A DNA stretch of 64,000 nt from positions 1,536,001 to 1,600,000 of the forward strand of contig CAWGHO010000003.1 in the NCBI GenBank assembly GCA_963822445.1, written 5' to 3'. Origin of the DNA: an uncultured Acidobacteriota bacterium (GTDB lineage: Bacteria; Acidobacteriota; Thermoanaerobaculia; Gp7-AA8). The notes beneath the pieces are model-generated. The model had not been told where the DNA came from. It saw nothing but the letters and a program-made list of their open reading frames with translations, and did not search any database. The translations under genes and the position numbers were made by a program. Positions 40,849 through 49,053 of the stretch are shown here, piece after piece; the first letter of the stretch is position 1; every line of letters begins with the position of its first letter.

Positions 40849-40860
40849 GAATGCCCCGCT

Positions 40861-41601
40861 ATGGCCGAAGAGACCGAAAGCGGTGCGTCACTCCTTGCTC
40901 GTCGTGAGTACGCGCGTGCCGTGCCGCTGCTGAAGCGCGAGCACGAGAAGTACCCTTCCAACCCGCGCATTCGCCTGCAATACGCCGACGCCCTTTCCGG
41001 CGCGGGCATGATCGACGAGGCCGTCGGGCAGTACGACGCCACCGCGCAGTACTACGAAGACAACGGCCTCACCGTGCAGGCGATCGCCGTCCGGAAGAAG
41101 GCGGAGAAGGTTCGCGAGCAACTCCCGAAAGCCGACGACGCCGCGGGCAAGTCCGAGCCACTCTTCAACAAGCCGGCCGTGAAGAGCCCTCTCTTCGAAG
41201 TGCTCCAGGACGACGAGCGCGAGGCCCTCATCAAGGAAATGGAAGGGGAGTCGCACGAAGAGGGAAGCGTCATCATCAGCGAGGGCGATCCCGGCACGTC
41301 GATGTATCTCATCGCCTCCGGCGAAGTGAAGGTCTACACCCGCGGAACCGGCGGAACGGTCTACCTGGCCAACCTCGGCGAAGGGGATTTTTTCGGAGAA
41401 GTGAGCATGTTGACCGGCAAGCCACGGACGGCGACCATCACCGCCTCCCAGCGCACCGAGCTCCTTCGCCTCGACAAGGAAAAGCTCGACACCGCTCTCG
41501 CGAAATACCCGGGCATCCGCAAGGTCCTCGACGATTTCTACAAGAAGCGGGCGAAACACACAGTCGAGGCCATGATCGAGAGTCTGAAAAAGAAAAAATG
41601 A
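40861..41601 (+). CDS. TPR plus cyclic nucleotide-binding domain protein
   Basis: IISEGDPGTSMYLIASGEV, LGEGDFFGEVSMLTGKPRTAT. Confidence 0.88.
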   Translation: MAEETESGASLLARREYARAVPLLKREHEKYPSNPRIRLQYADALSGAGMIDEAVGQYDATAQYYEDNGLTVQAIAVRKKAEKVREQLPKADDAAGKSEPLFNKPAVKSPLFEVLQDDEREALIKEMEGESHEEGSVIISEGDPGTSMYLIASGEVKVYTRGTGGTVYLANLGEGDFFGEVSMLTGKPRTATITASQRTELLRLDKEKLDTALAKYPGIRKVLDDFYKKRAKHTVEAMIESLKKKK

Positions 41602-42110
41602 TCCTGCCCATCCGCAAATTCGGCGACGACGTGCTCCGCCTCCCCGCCGAGCCCATCGCCGAGATCGATCAGCCGCTGCAGAAGCTGATCGACGACATGA
41701 TCGAGACCATGTACGCCGCTCCCGGCGTCGGCCTTGCCGCGAACCAGGTCGGCGTGGCCCGCCGGCTGATGGTCATCGACCTCTCCGTCGGCAAGCGCCC
41801 CGGTGAGTGCCACGTCTTCATCAATCCCGAAATCATCGATTCGGAAGGCGAGGTCACCGAGGAAGAGGGTTGCCTCTCGATCCCCGACTTCGTGGAGATC
41901 GTCACCCGTCCGGAGAAAGTGAAGCTGCGTTACCTCGACCGCAACGGAAAAGAGCGCGAGATGTGGGGCGAAGGCCTGATGGCCCGGGCCATGTGCCACG
42001 AGATCGACCACCTCAACGGAACCCTCTTCGTCGATCACCTGCGCGGCTTCAAGAAAGAGAAGATCCTGAAGAAGATCTCCAAGCTGGCCCGTTCGGGCAT
42101 GTGGTTCTGA
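41598..42110 (+). CDS. def: Peptide deformylase
   Basis: GVGLAANQVG, EGCLSIP, CHEIDHLNG. Confidence 0.97.
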   Translation: MILPIRKFGDDVLRLPAEPIAEIDQPLQKLIDDMIETMYAAPGVGLAANQVGVARRLMVIDLSVGKRPGECHVFINPEIIDSEGEVTEEEGCLSIPDFVEIVTRPEKVKLRYLDRNGKEREMWGEGLMARAMCHEIDHLNGTLFVDHLRGFKKEKILKKISKLARSGMWF

Positions 42111-42135
42111 CGCGCGGCATGTAGAATCCCGCGCG

Positions 42136-42783
42136 ATGCGACAGACCGCGATCGTGACGGAGATTCAGCAGCTCGCACCGAGCGTCCGCCAGCTCACCGT
42201 TTCCTTCACCGAGGAGTTCCGTTTCCGTCCCGGGCAGTGGGTGAACTTCCGCTTTCCGGAAGGCGTTTCCCGCGCCTACACCATCGCTTCCGCGCCGCAG
42301 CGGCCCGAGGCTGTGCAGCTTTGCGTGCGGGTGGGGGCGGGGAAGGGTGGGGAGGCGCTGAGCAGGCTCGAAGCGGGAGCTGAAGTCGCGATCGACGGGC
42401 CGTATGGTGACTTCCTGTTGCCGGAAGACAACTCGAAATCAGTGGTCTTCCTCGCCGGCGACGTCGGCATCGCGCCGATCCGCAGCATCGTGCTTTACAT
42501 GATCGCCGAGGGCGATCCGCGCCATCCCGTGGTTCTGTACGAGCCCGACCAGCGCAACATCCTCTACGCCGGCGACTTCGACCCGCTGGCCCGCGCCGGC
42601 CACATCGTCCACGAGAGCGGCCCCATCGAAGGCCTGATCGAGCGCAATCGCTCGCTGATCAAAGGCGCCGTGGTGATGGCCGCCGGCTTCGACCCGTTCC
42701 TCGACCGCGTGAGCAAAGCCCTGCGATCGATCGAGGTCGATCCGGGGACGATGATCAGCGAGACGTTCGGGCCCCAGCCGTAG
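42136..42783 (+). CDS. FAD-binding oxidoreductase (ferredoxin reductase-like)
   Basis: FRPGQW, RAYTIAS, DGPYGDF, AGDVGIAP. Confidence 0.85.
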   Translation: MRQTAIVTEIQQLAPSVRQLTVSFTEEFRFRPGQWVNFRFPEGVSRAYTIASAPQRPEAVQLCVRVGAGKGGEALSRLEAGAEVAIDGPYGDFLLPEDNSKSVVFLAGDVGIAPIRSIVLYMIAEGDPRHPVVLYEPDQRNILYAGDFDPLARAGHIVHESGPIEGLIERNRSLIKGAVVMAAGFDPFLDRVSKALRSIEVDPGTMISETFGPQP

Positions 42784-42896
42784 TGGGCAGTGGGCAGTAC
42801 GCCGCTTCGCGGCTGCGGTGGGCAGGAGAGGGTTCTTCGGTTTCCCCTGCGAGGCGCGCAGCGCCGGACTGCCCACTGCCTACTGGCTACTAACTA
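42781..42896. repeat. Inverted heptamer array (GTGGGCA / TGCCYAC), family D
   Basis: Same layout as 40756 including GCCGCTTCGCGGC hairpin; spans stop codon to stop codon between convergent genes. Confidence 0.8.
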
Positions 42897-43550
42897 CCTG
42901 AGCCATCCCGGCAAAATCCCTTCGCGGCGCGCGTCCTCGCGGAATTGCGCGAGTGCGCGCTCGGCGCGGGCGATCTCCAGGCGGGCGGCGGGCAATTGCT
43001 CGCGGGCCTGGACCAGACGCGTCGTCTGGTAGGTGAACTGGCGCGGCTCGAATCCGAGGCCTGTGAACGTGCGGATCTCCTGCTGCAGCTGGACGATACG
43101 CTGCTCGATCAGGTCCAGTTCCTCGTACGCCCGGCGCACCGTCTCCTCGTAGTCACGCGCCATTTGCCGCCAGGAGCGCTCGTCGCGCTTCCGCTGCTCG
43201 ACCTCGCCGCGGCTGGGTGGGGGCGGGGCGGGCGGGTACACCTGATCCGCGGGGATCGGGTCGCCGCCGTGATTCTTCTCCAGCTCCCGCAGCAGGCGGT
43301 CCCGCTCCTCGGCCGAAACCTTGAGACGGCGGATTTCCTCCGCCTCCGCCGCCTTCGCCGTCGCTGCTTCACCGCGGCGGGTGGCGTCCTCATCGACCTC
43401 CGAGGCGGGCATCGAGTACAGCAGCCCGTTCATCCGGAACGTGACGACGCCGTTCTCCAGCCGGACCGGCCCTTCGATGGCAATCCGGTCCCCGGAGCGC
43501 AGCACGAGCGTGGACGTGGCGATGGTGAACAGCAGCAGGAGCGTGTTCAT
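42894..43550 (-). CDS. Secreted coiled-coil hypothetical protein
   Basis: Short signal, small beta domain, Pro linker, coiled coil ending ARREGILPGWLR. Confidence 0.75.
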   Translation of the reverse strand: MNTLLLLFTIATSTLVLRSGDRIAIEGPVRLENGVVTFRMNGLLYSMPASEVDEDATRRGEAATAKAAEAEEIRRLKVSAEERDRLLRELEKNHGGDPIPADQVYPPAPPPPSRGEVEQRKRDERSWRQMARDYEETVRRAYEELDLIEQRIVQLQQEIRTFTGLGFEPRQFTYQTTRLVQAREQLPAARLEIARAERALAQFREDARREGILPGWLR

Positions 43551-43621
43551 ACCCACACAGATTACGCTTTCGGCCCTGAATATTGCATCCGACCCGCGTC
43601 GGCTAGAATCCGCGCCGTTAC

Positions 43622-44899
43622 ATGGGAAGTACCGTTCCGCACCTGCACGTCCACTGGGTGGTGATCGCCGTCGTCTGCGGGATCTTCTATCTCATGTTCG
43701 ACGCTCTCCGTTCCTTCGCCCTCCAGCTCAGCCCGGTCAAGCTCCGGCGGCTGAGCACGGGCGCTGAGGAACAGGGCTTCCGCTGGACCTACTTCGACGT
43801 CGAAGACTTCCAGCTCGTCAGCGGCGCCATGCTCCAGATTGCCCTCCTGGTCGGTGCCGGCGCGACGGTGATGATCTTCGACGAGAAGGGTTTCGGCGCC
43901 GCCGTCCTCACCAGCGTCGGACTCTGGAGCGCGATCGTCCTCATCTGGAAGTTTCTCCTCGCCCTCGTTCCCGAAGACACGGGCGAGGTCATTCTCAAGG
44001 CCCTGCTCCCGATCTCCCGCATGAGCTACTTCCTCTTTTTCCCGCTGCTCTGGCCTCTGCGCAAACTGCTCGAGCGTCTCGGCCGCGCGCAGGAAGAGGA
44101 GGAAGAGGAGGAAGTCACCGACGAAGAGGTCCAGGCCTACATCGACGTCGGCGAAGAGGAAGGGATCATCGAGCCGTCCGAAGGCAGGATGCTGCAGTCG
44201 ATCGTCGACTTCGGTGACCGCCTCGCGCACGAGATCATGACCCCGCGCATCGACGTCTTCGCTTTCGACTCCCGCCGGCCGATCGAGGAACTGGCGAAGA
44301 TTTTCAGCGAGACCAAATACGCGCGCATCCCCATCTACGACCAGAGCATCGATCAGATCACCGGGATCGTGCACATCAAGGATCTGTTCGACAACTTCAT
44401 CCGCGGCGAGCAGAAGACGGTCGTCGACCTAGCGCGTCCGCCGTACTTCGTCTCGGAAACGAAGAAAGTCTCCGAGCTCCTGAAGGAGTTCCAGAGCGAG
44501 CATCTGCAGATCGCGGTCGTCGTCGATGAGTACGGCGGTACCGCCGGCATCATTACCACCGAGGACATCATCGAAGAGATCGTCGGTGAGATCGCCGACG
44601 AGCATGAGGACGAAGAAGCCACAGTCGTCGACCTCGGCGACGGAGCCTGGCTGGTCAGCGGTCTCCTGCGCGTCGAAGATCTCGAGGAGACGATCGACGC
44701 GAAGCTCTCCGGCGAGGATTACGAGACCGTCGCCGGCATGATCTTCACCAGTCTCGGCCGCGTTCCCGCAACCGGCACGATCATTCCGAAGAACGGCTAC
44801 CTGTTCGAGATCGAGCGCGCCGACCGCCGCCGCATCTATCGCGTCAAAGTCCGGAAAGATCCGAACTGGAACGCGGAAGAGCAAGAGGATCAGCAGTGA
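43622..44899 (+). CDS. Hemolysin/CorC family CBS-domain membrane protein
   Basis: TM region, IMTPRID, YARIPIY, VVDEYGGTAG, EDIIEEIVGEI, CorC C-terminal domain. Confidence 0.92.
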   Translation: MGSTVPHLHVHWVVIAVVCGIFYLMFDALRSFALQLSPVKLRRLSTGAEEQGFRWTYFDVEDFQLVSGAMLQIALLVGAGATVMIFDEKGFGAAVLTSVGLWSAIVLIWKFLLALVPEDTGEVILKALLPISRMSYFLFFPLLWPLRKLLERLGRAQEEEEEEEVTDEEVQAYIDVGEEEGIIEPSEGRMLQSIVDFGDRLAHEIMTPRIDVFAFDSRRPIEELAKIFSETKYARIPIYDQSIDQITGIVHIKDLFDNFIRGEQKTVVDLARPPYFVSETKKVSELLKEFQSEHLQIAVVVDEYGGTAGIITTEDIIEEIVGEIADEHEDEEATVVDLGDGAWLVSGLLRVEDLEETIDAKLSGEDYETVAGMIFTSLGRVPATGTIIPKNGYLFEIERADRRRIYRVKVRKDPNWNAEEQEDQQ

Positions 44900-45804
44900 G
44901 CCAGTTCGGCGTCGTCGCGATCGTCGGCCGTCCCAACGCGGGCAAATCGACGCTCCTCAACCGCATCCTCGGCACGAAGGTCTCCATCGTCTCCGACAAG
45001 CCCCAGACCACGCGCAACCGCATCGTCGGCATTCTCACCGACGAGCGCGGCCAACTCGCGTTTCTCGACACACCCGGCATTCACAAGCCGCTGCACAAGC
45101 TCAACGCCCGGATGATGGATCACGTCCGCTCCTCGCTCAGCGAAGCTGATGTGATCGCGGTGATCGTCGATGCGACCGAGGAGTTCGGGAAGGGCGATCA
45201 ATTCGTGATCGAGCTCGTGCGCCAGGAAAAGGACCGCAACAGCGACGCGAAGCGCTTCCTCATCCTCAACAAGATCGATCGCCTCAAGAAAGAGAAGCTC
45301 CTGCCCCTCATGCAGCGCTACCACGACTTCGCGCTGTTCGACGAGATCATCCCGATCTCCGCGAAGGAAGGGGAGGGGATCGAGGAGCTCACGAATCTGC
45401 TCTTCAAGACCGTGGGGCAAGGCGAGGCGCTCTACCCGAAAGACGACTACACCACGCAGCCGGAGCGGTTCTTCGCCGCGGAGATCGTTCGCGAGAAAGT
45501 GCTCATCCACACCTCCGAGGAACTGCCGTACACGACCGCGGTGAACGTGGAGCGTTTCGAAGAAGACGAGGAAACGAACTTCATCACTATCTTCGCCACG
45601 ATTTACGTCGAGCGCGCGTCGCAGAAGCCGATCGTGATTGGCAAGCAGGGCTCGATGATCAAGAAGATCGGTACCGAGGCTCGGCAGGAACTGGAGAAGA
45701 TCCTCGGCGCGAAAGTCTTTCTCGACCTCCACGTATCGGTTCATGAAGGATGGCGCGAAGACGAGCGTTTCCTCGGCGAGCTCGAACACTACCTCGGCGA
45801 CTGA
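44896..45804 (+). CDS. era: GTPase Era
   Basis: GRPNAGKSTL, KPQTTR, DTPG, NKID, EELPY, IVIGKQG KH domain. Confidence 0.97.
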   Translation: MSQFGVVAIVGRPNAGKSTLLNRILGTKVSIVSDKPQTTRNRIVGILTDERGQLAFLDTPGIHKPLHKLNARMMDHVRSSLSEADVIAVIVDATEEFGKGDQFVIELVRQEKDRNSDAKRFLILNKIDRLKKEKLLPLMQRYHDFALFDEIIPISAKEGEGIEELTNLLFKTVGQGEALYPKDDYTTQPERFFAAEIVREKVLIHTSEELPYTTAVNVERFEEDEETNFITIFATIYVERASQKPIVIGKQGSMIKKIGTEARQELEKILGAKVFLDLHVSVHEGWREDERFLGELEHYLGD

Positions 45805-45897
45805 GGTCCTCGCTGACAGCGCACCCTTTCCCTCGCCGCTGCGCTACCATACGGGGCAGTCAGTCTTTTTTCTCACTGAAAATTCGAGGAGGCATCC

Positions 45898-48800
45898 ATG
45901 GCTACGCTCCGCGTCGTTCGTCCCCTTCTCCTTCTCCTGATCGCCCTCACCGCGATCCCGATGCTCGCGCAGCAGACCGGGGCCATCAGCGGCAAAGTCA
46001 CCACTGACGGTGCACCGCTGCCCGGAGTCACAGTCGAGGCGCGGTCGAACGTGCTGCCCCAGCCCCGCGTGACCGTCACGGACTCCAACGGTGAGTACCG
46101 ACTCCCGGCACTGCAGCCCGGAAGCTACACGCTGACCTTCACCCTCAGCGGAATGCGGACGGCGACGCGCAAAGCCGACGCGAACGTCGGCCAGACGACC
46201 TACGCCGACGTGGCCATGGGCGTGGAAGGTCTCGCCGAGACGATCACCGTCACCGCCGAGTCCACGCTCGTCGACCGGCAGTCGACGGAGATCCACAGCA
46301 GTCTGTCGAGCAAGGAGATCACCTCCCTTCCGCTGACCCAGGACTACCGCGACCTGCAGAAGCTCATCCCCGGAGTCATGTACACCCAGGACACCGTGCG
46401 CGGCCCCAGCGCCGGCGCCAGTGGACAGGACAACGTGTACATGTTCGACGGCGTCAACGTGACCATGCCGCTCTTCGGCGTGCTGAACGTCGAGCCGAAC
46501 ACCCGCGACGTCGCGCAGGTGAACGTGATCAAGGGCGGCGCCACCGCGGTCGACTTCAATCGCGCCGCCGGATTCCTGATCGATTCCGCCAGCAAATCCG
46601 GCCAGAACAACTTCTTCGGCGAATTGAGCTACCAGCTCATGGATCCGTCCTTCGTCTCCGATCAGAAGGGCGCCCAGAACCTGTTCTTCGACCAGGAGCG
46701 CTCCTGGATCACCGCCAACGTCGGCGGACCGATCCTGCCGGACCGGCTGTTCTTCTACACGTCGTACTACAAGCCCGAAGCGTCCCGTGAGAATCAGGCC
46801 AACCTGTATGGCGAGCTGCCGGCATTCACGAGCGATCGCGACGAATACTTCGCCAAGCTCACCGCCACACCGTTGCAGTCCATCCTTCTCAACGCCAGCT
46901 ATCGCGATTCGCACAAGATCGAGACGTCCGGCGACGCGTTCGGCTCGTTCCGCCCGGGAACGACCGGCACCGGCTACGACACGAAGCTGCAGATCGGCAC
47001 CTTCGAGGCCTCGTGGGTCATCAACAACAACAGCTACGCCACCGGCAAGTACACCGACTACCGGAACCCGGGATTCGGCACGGCCGACTTCATCGCGGAC
47101 GTGACGCCGGTCTTCACGAATGGCACGCAGCTCAACCTCGCCGACCTCGGTGCTCAGGGCCGTCTGGTCGTGCCGTCGCTGATTGTCGGAAATGCGGCGC
47201 AGAACGCGTTCGTCTCGCCGTTCATCGAGAAGTACGGATACATCTGCCCGCCGAACCCCTCGGCGCAGGGTCTCAACTGCGTTGCCGGTCAGCGCACCGG
47301 CGGCGGCACGGTCGGATTCGGCCAGTTCGCGCGTGATGACGACAGCTTCTACCGCAAGGGCTTCCAGGTCGGCTACAACCACACCCTCGGCAGCTCGATC
47401 ACGCACGACCTGCACGTCGGGTTTCAGAACTACACCGATTCCGAGGACCGCTTCCAGACGTCGAACGGCTGGGGCCTGCTCAGCGTACCGGCCGGCATCG
47501 GAACCGCCGGCACCTGCCCGGCCACCGCGTGCGGCACGGCCACACCGGCGTTCTTCGTCGCCCAGGTCAGCCAGCAGGGCGCCCGTGGCGTCCCTGAGAT
47601 TCATTCAGAGTTCGTGTCGACGAGCATCGAGCTGAACGACTCCATCCGCATGAACAACTGGTCGTTCAACGTCGGCGTCCTGCTCAGCGAGGACATTCTG
47701 TACGGACAGGGTCTGGCCAAGGCGGACAACTACGCCGGATACACGACCTCGCCCGGCACGAAGTACAAGATGCACACGTTCGGCTTCGAGGAGCAGATCC
47801 AGCCGCGCCTCGGCGCGACCTGGGCCTACAACGGCACGGACACCCTCTACGCCAGCTATGGCCGCTACAGCCCGGCGGCGAACTCGGACGCGCGCGCCGC
47901 GTCGTGGGACCGCAACCTCGTCGCCCAGCTCAACGTGTACTTCAATCAGGCCGGCCAGCTCATCGGCATCCAGCCGAACGCTTCCTCGTCCGGCAAGTGG
48001 TGGCAGGAAGACATCAAGCATCCCAAAGTCGACGAGTTCATGATCGGCACCGCCCAGCAGTGGACGTCCGGCTTCTCGACCCGTCTCTACACCCGCTACC
48101 GTGAAGGCAGCGACTTCCTCGAAGACACCAACAACAACGCGCGTGCCCTCGCGGACTCTCCGGCCGACCTCACCAACGACGACTACATTCCCGACCTCTG
48201 CAACGGCACGCTCTCCAGCTGCGGCCCGAACACGATTCGCGGCTCGATTGGCAGCGGATCGACTTACGTCATCGCCAACCTCGACGGCGCGTTCACCAAG
48301 TACTACGAGGCGACGATGGAGTCGTCGTGGCGGACCGACAAGCTCTATCTCAATGGCTCGTACACCTGGAGCCACTACTATGGCAACTTCGACCAGGACA
48401 ACACGTCGTTCGCCGACGCGAACGACGCGGCGATCTTCATCGGCTCGTCGAACATCGCTGATGGCGCGGGCCGGCAGCTCTGGAACAACAAGTACGGCGA
48501 CCTGCGCGGTGACCGCCGCAATGTGGTGAAGGTCTCGACGACGTACGACCTTCCGTGGCGCGCGAACGTCGGCGCATTCGGCCTGTATCAGTCGGGCCAG
48601 CCGTACCAGATCGAGAGCGTTCTTCCGTTTCGTCCGCTGACCGGTTCGACGAGCGATACCAATCGCTATGCAGAACCGGCAGGCGCGCGGAAAACGCCGT
48701 CCCATCATCAGCTCGACCTGAAGTACACGCAGAGCATTCCTCTGCCCCGCGGCATCACCTTCCAGATCATCGGGGACATGTTCAACGTCTTCGACAAGCA

Positions 48801-49005
48801 GACCGGGTTCGACTACGAGACGCGCATCGGAGCGCTCAACTTCACGACCCGCACCGACGTACCCACCGTCGACATTCCGTCGACGATTTCGCCGGCGACT
48901 CTCGCTGCTCTGAATCTCGCACCGGGAGCGCGCCTCAACGCTCCGTTCCCGAAGAGGTTCTATGCGCCGCGCCGGTTCCAGATTATGGCGCGCGTTCAGT
49001 TCTAG
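45898..49005 (+). CDS. TonB-dependent receptor (Oar-like, carboxypeptidase-regulatory N-domain)
   Basis: GGAGG SD; GAPLPGVTV, LQPGSYTLTF, ETITVTAE, GGPILPDRLFFY, PRLGATW, terminal ARVQF. Confidence 0.9.
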   Translation: MATLRVVRPLLLLLIALTAIPMLAQQTGAISGKVTTDGAPLPGVTVEARSNVLPQPRVTVTDSNGEYRLPALQPGSYTLTFTLSGMRTATRKADANVGQTTYADVAMGVEGLAETITVTAESTLVDRQSTEIHSSLSSKEITSLPLTQDYRDLQKLIPGVMYTQDTVRGPSAGASGQDNVYMFDGVNVTMPLFGVLNVEPNTRDVAQVNVIKGGATAVDFNRAAGFLIDSASKSGQNNFFGELSYQLMDPSFVSDQKGAQNLFFDQERSWITANVGGPILPDRLFFYTSYYKPEASRENQANLYGELPAFTSDRDEYFAKLTATPLQSILLNASYRDSHKIETSGDAFGSFRPGTTGTGYDTKLQIGTFEASWVINNNSYATGKYTDYRNPGFGTADFIADVTPVFTNGTQLNLADLGAQGRLVVPSLIVGNAAQNAFVSPFIEKYGYICPPNPSAQGLNCVAGQRTGGGTVGFGQFARDDDSFYRKGFQVGYNHTLGSSITHDLHVGFQNYTDSEDRFQTSNGWGLLSVPAGIGTAGTCPATACGTATPAFFVAQVSQQGARGVPEIHSEFVSTSIELNDSIRMNNWSFNVGVLLSEDILYGQGLAKADNYAGYTTSPGTKYKMHTFGFEEQIQPRLGATWAYNGTDTLYASYGRYSPAANSDARAASWDRNLVAQLNVYFNQAGQLIGIQPNASSSGKWWQEDIKHPKVDEFMIGTAQQWTSGFSTRLYTRYREGSDFLEDTNNNARALADSPADLTNDDYIPDLCNGTLSSCGPNTIRGSIGSGSTYVIANLDGAFTKYYEATMESSWRTDKLYLNGSYTWSHYYGNFDQDNTSFADANDAAIFIGSSNIADGAGRQLWNNKYGDLRGDRRNVVKVSTTYDLPWRANVGAFGLYQSGQPYQIESVLPFRPLTGSTSDTNRYAEPAGARKTPSHHQLDLKYTQSIPLPRGITFQIIGDMFNVFDKQTGFDYETRIGALNFTTRTDVPTVDIPSTISPATLAALNLAPGARLNAPFPKRFYAPRRFQIMARVQF

Positions 49006-49025
49006 ACTTTTTCAGCGCACTCACG

Positions 49026-49053
49026 AAAGCCCGGCGGCAACGCCGGGCTTTTT
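49026..49053 (+). terminator. Rho-independent terminator (likely bidirectional)
   Basis: AAAGCCCGGCG-GCAA-CGCCGGGCTTTTT. Confidence 0.88.

Noticed and set aside
41586-41600. A-rich run at the cNMP gene/def junction as a slippage site
   Set aside because: Explained by Lys codons and an ordinary ATGA overlap.
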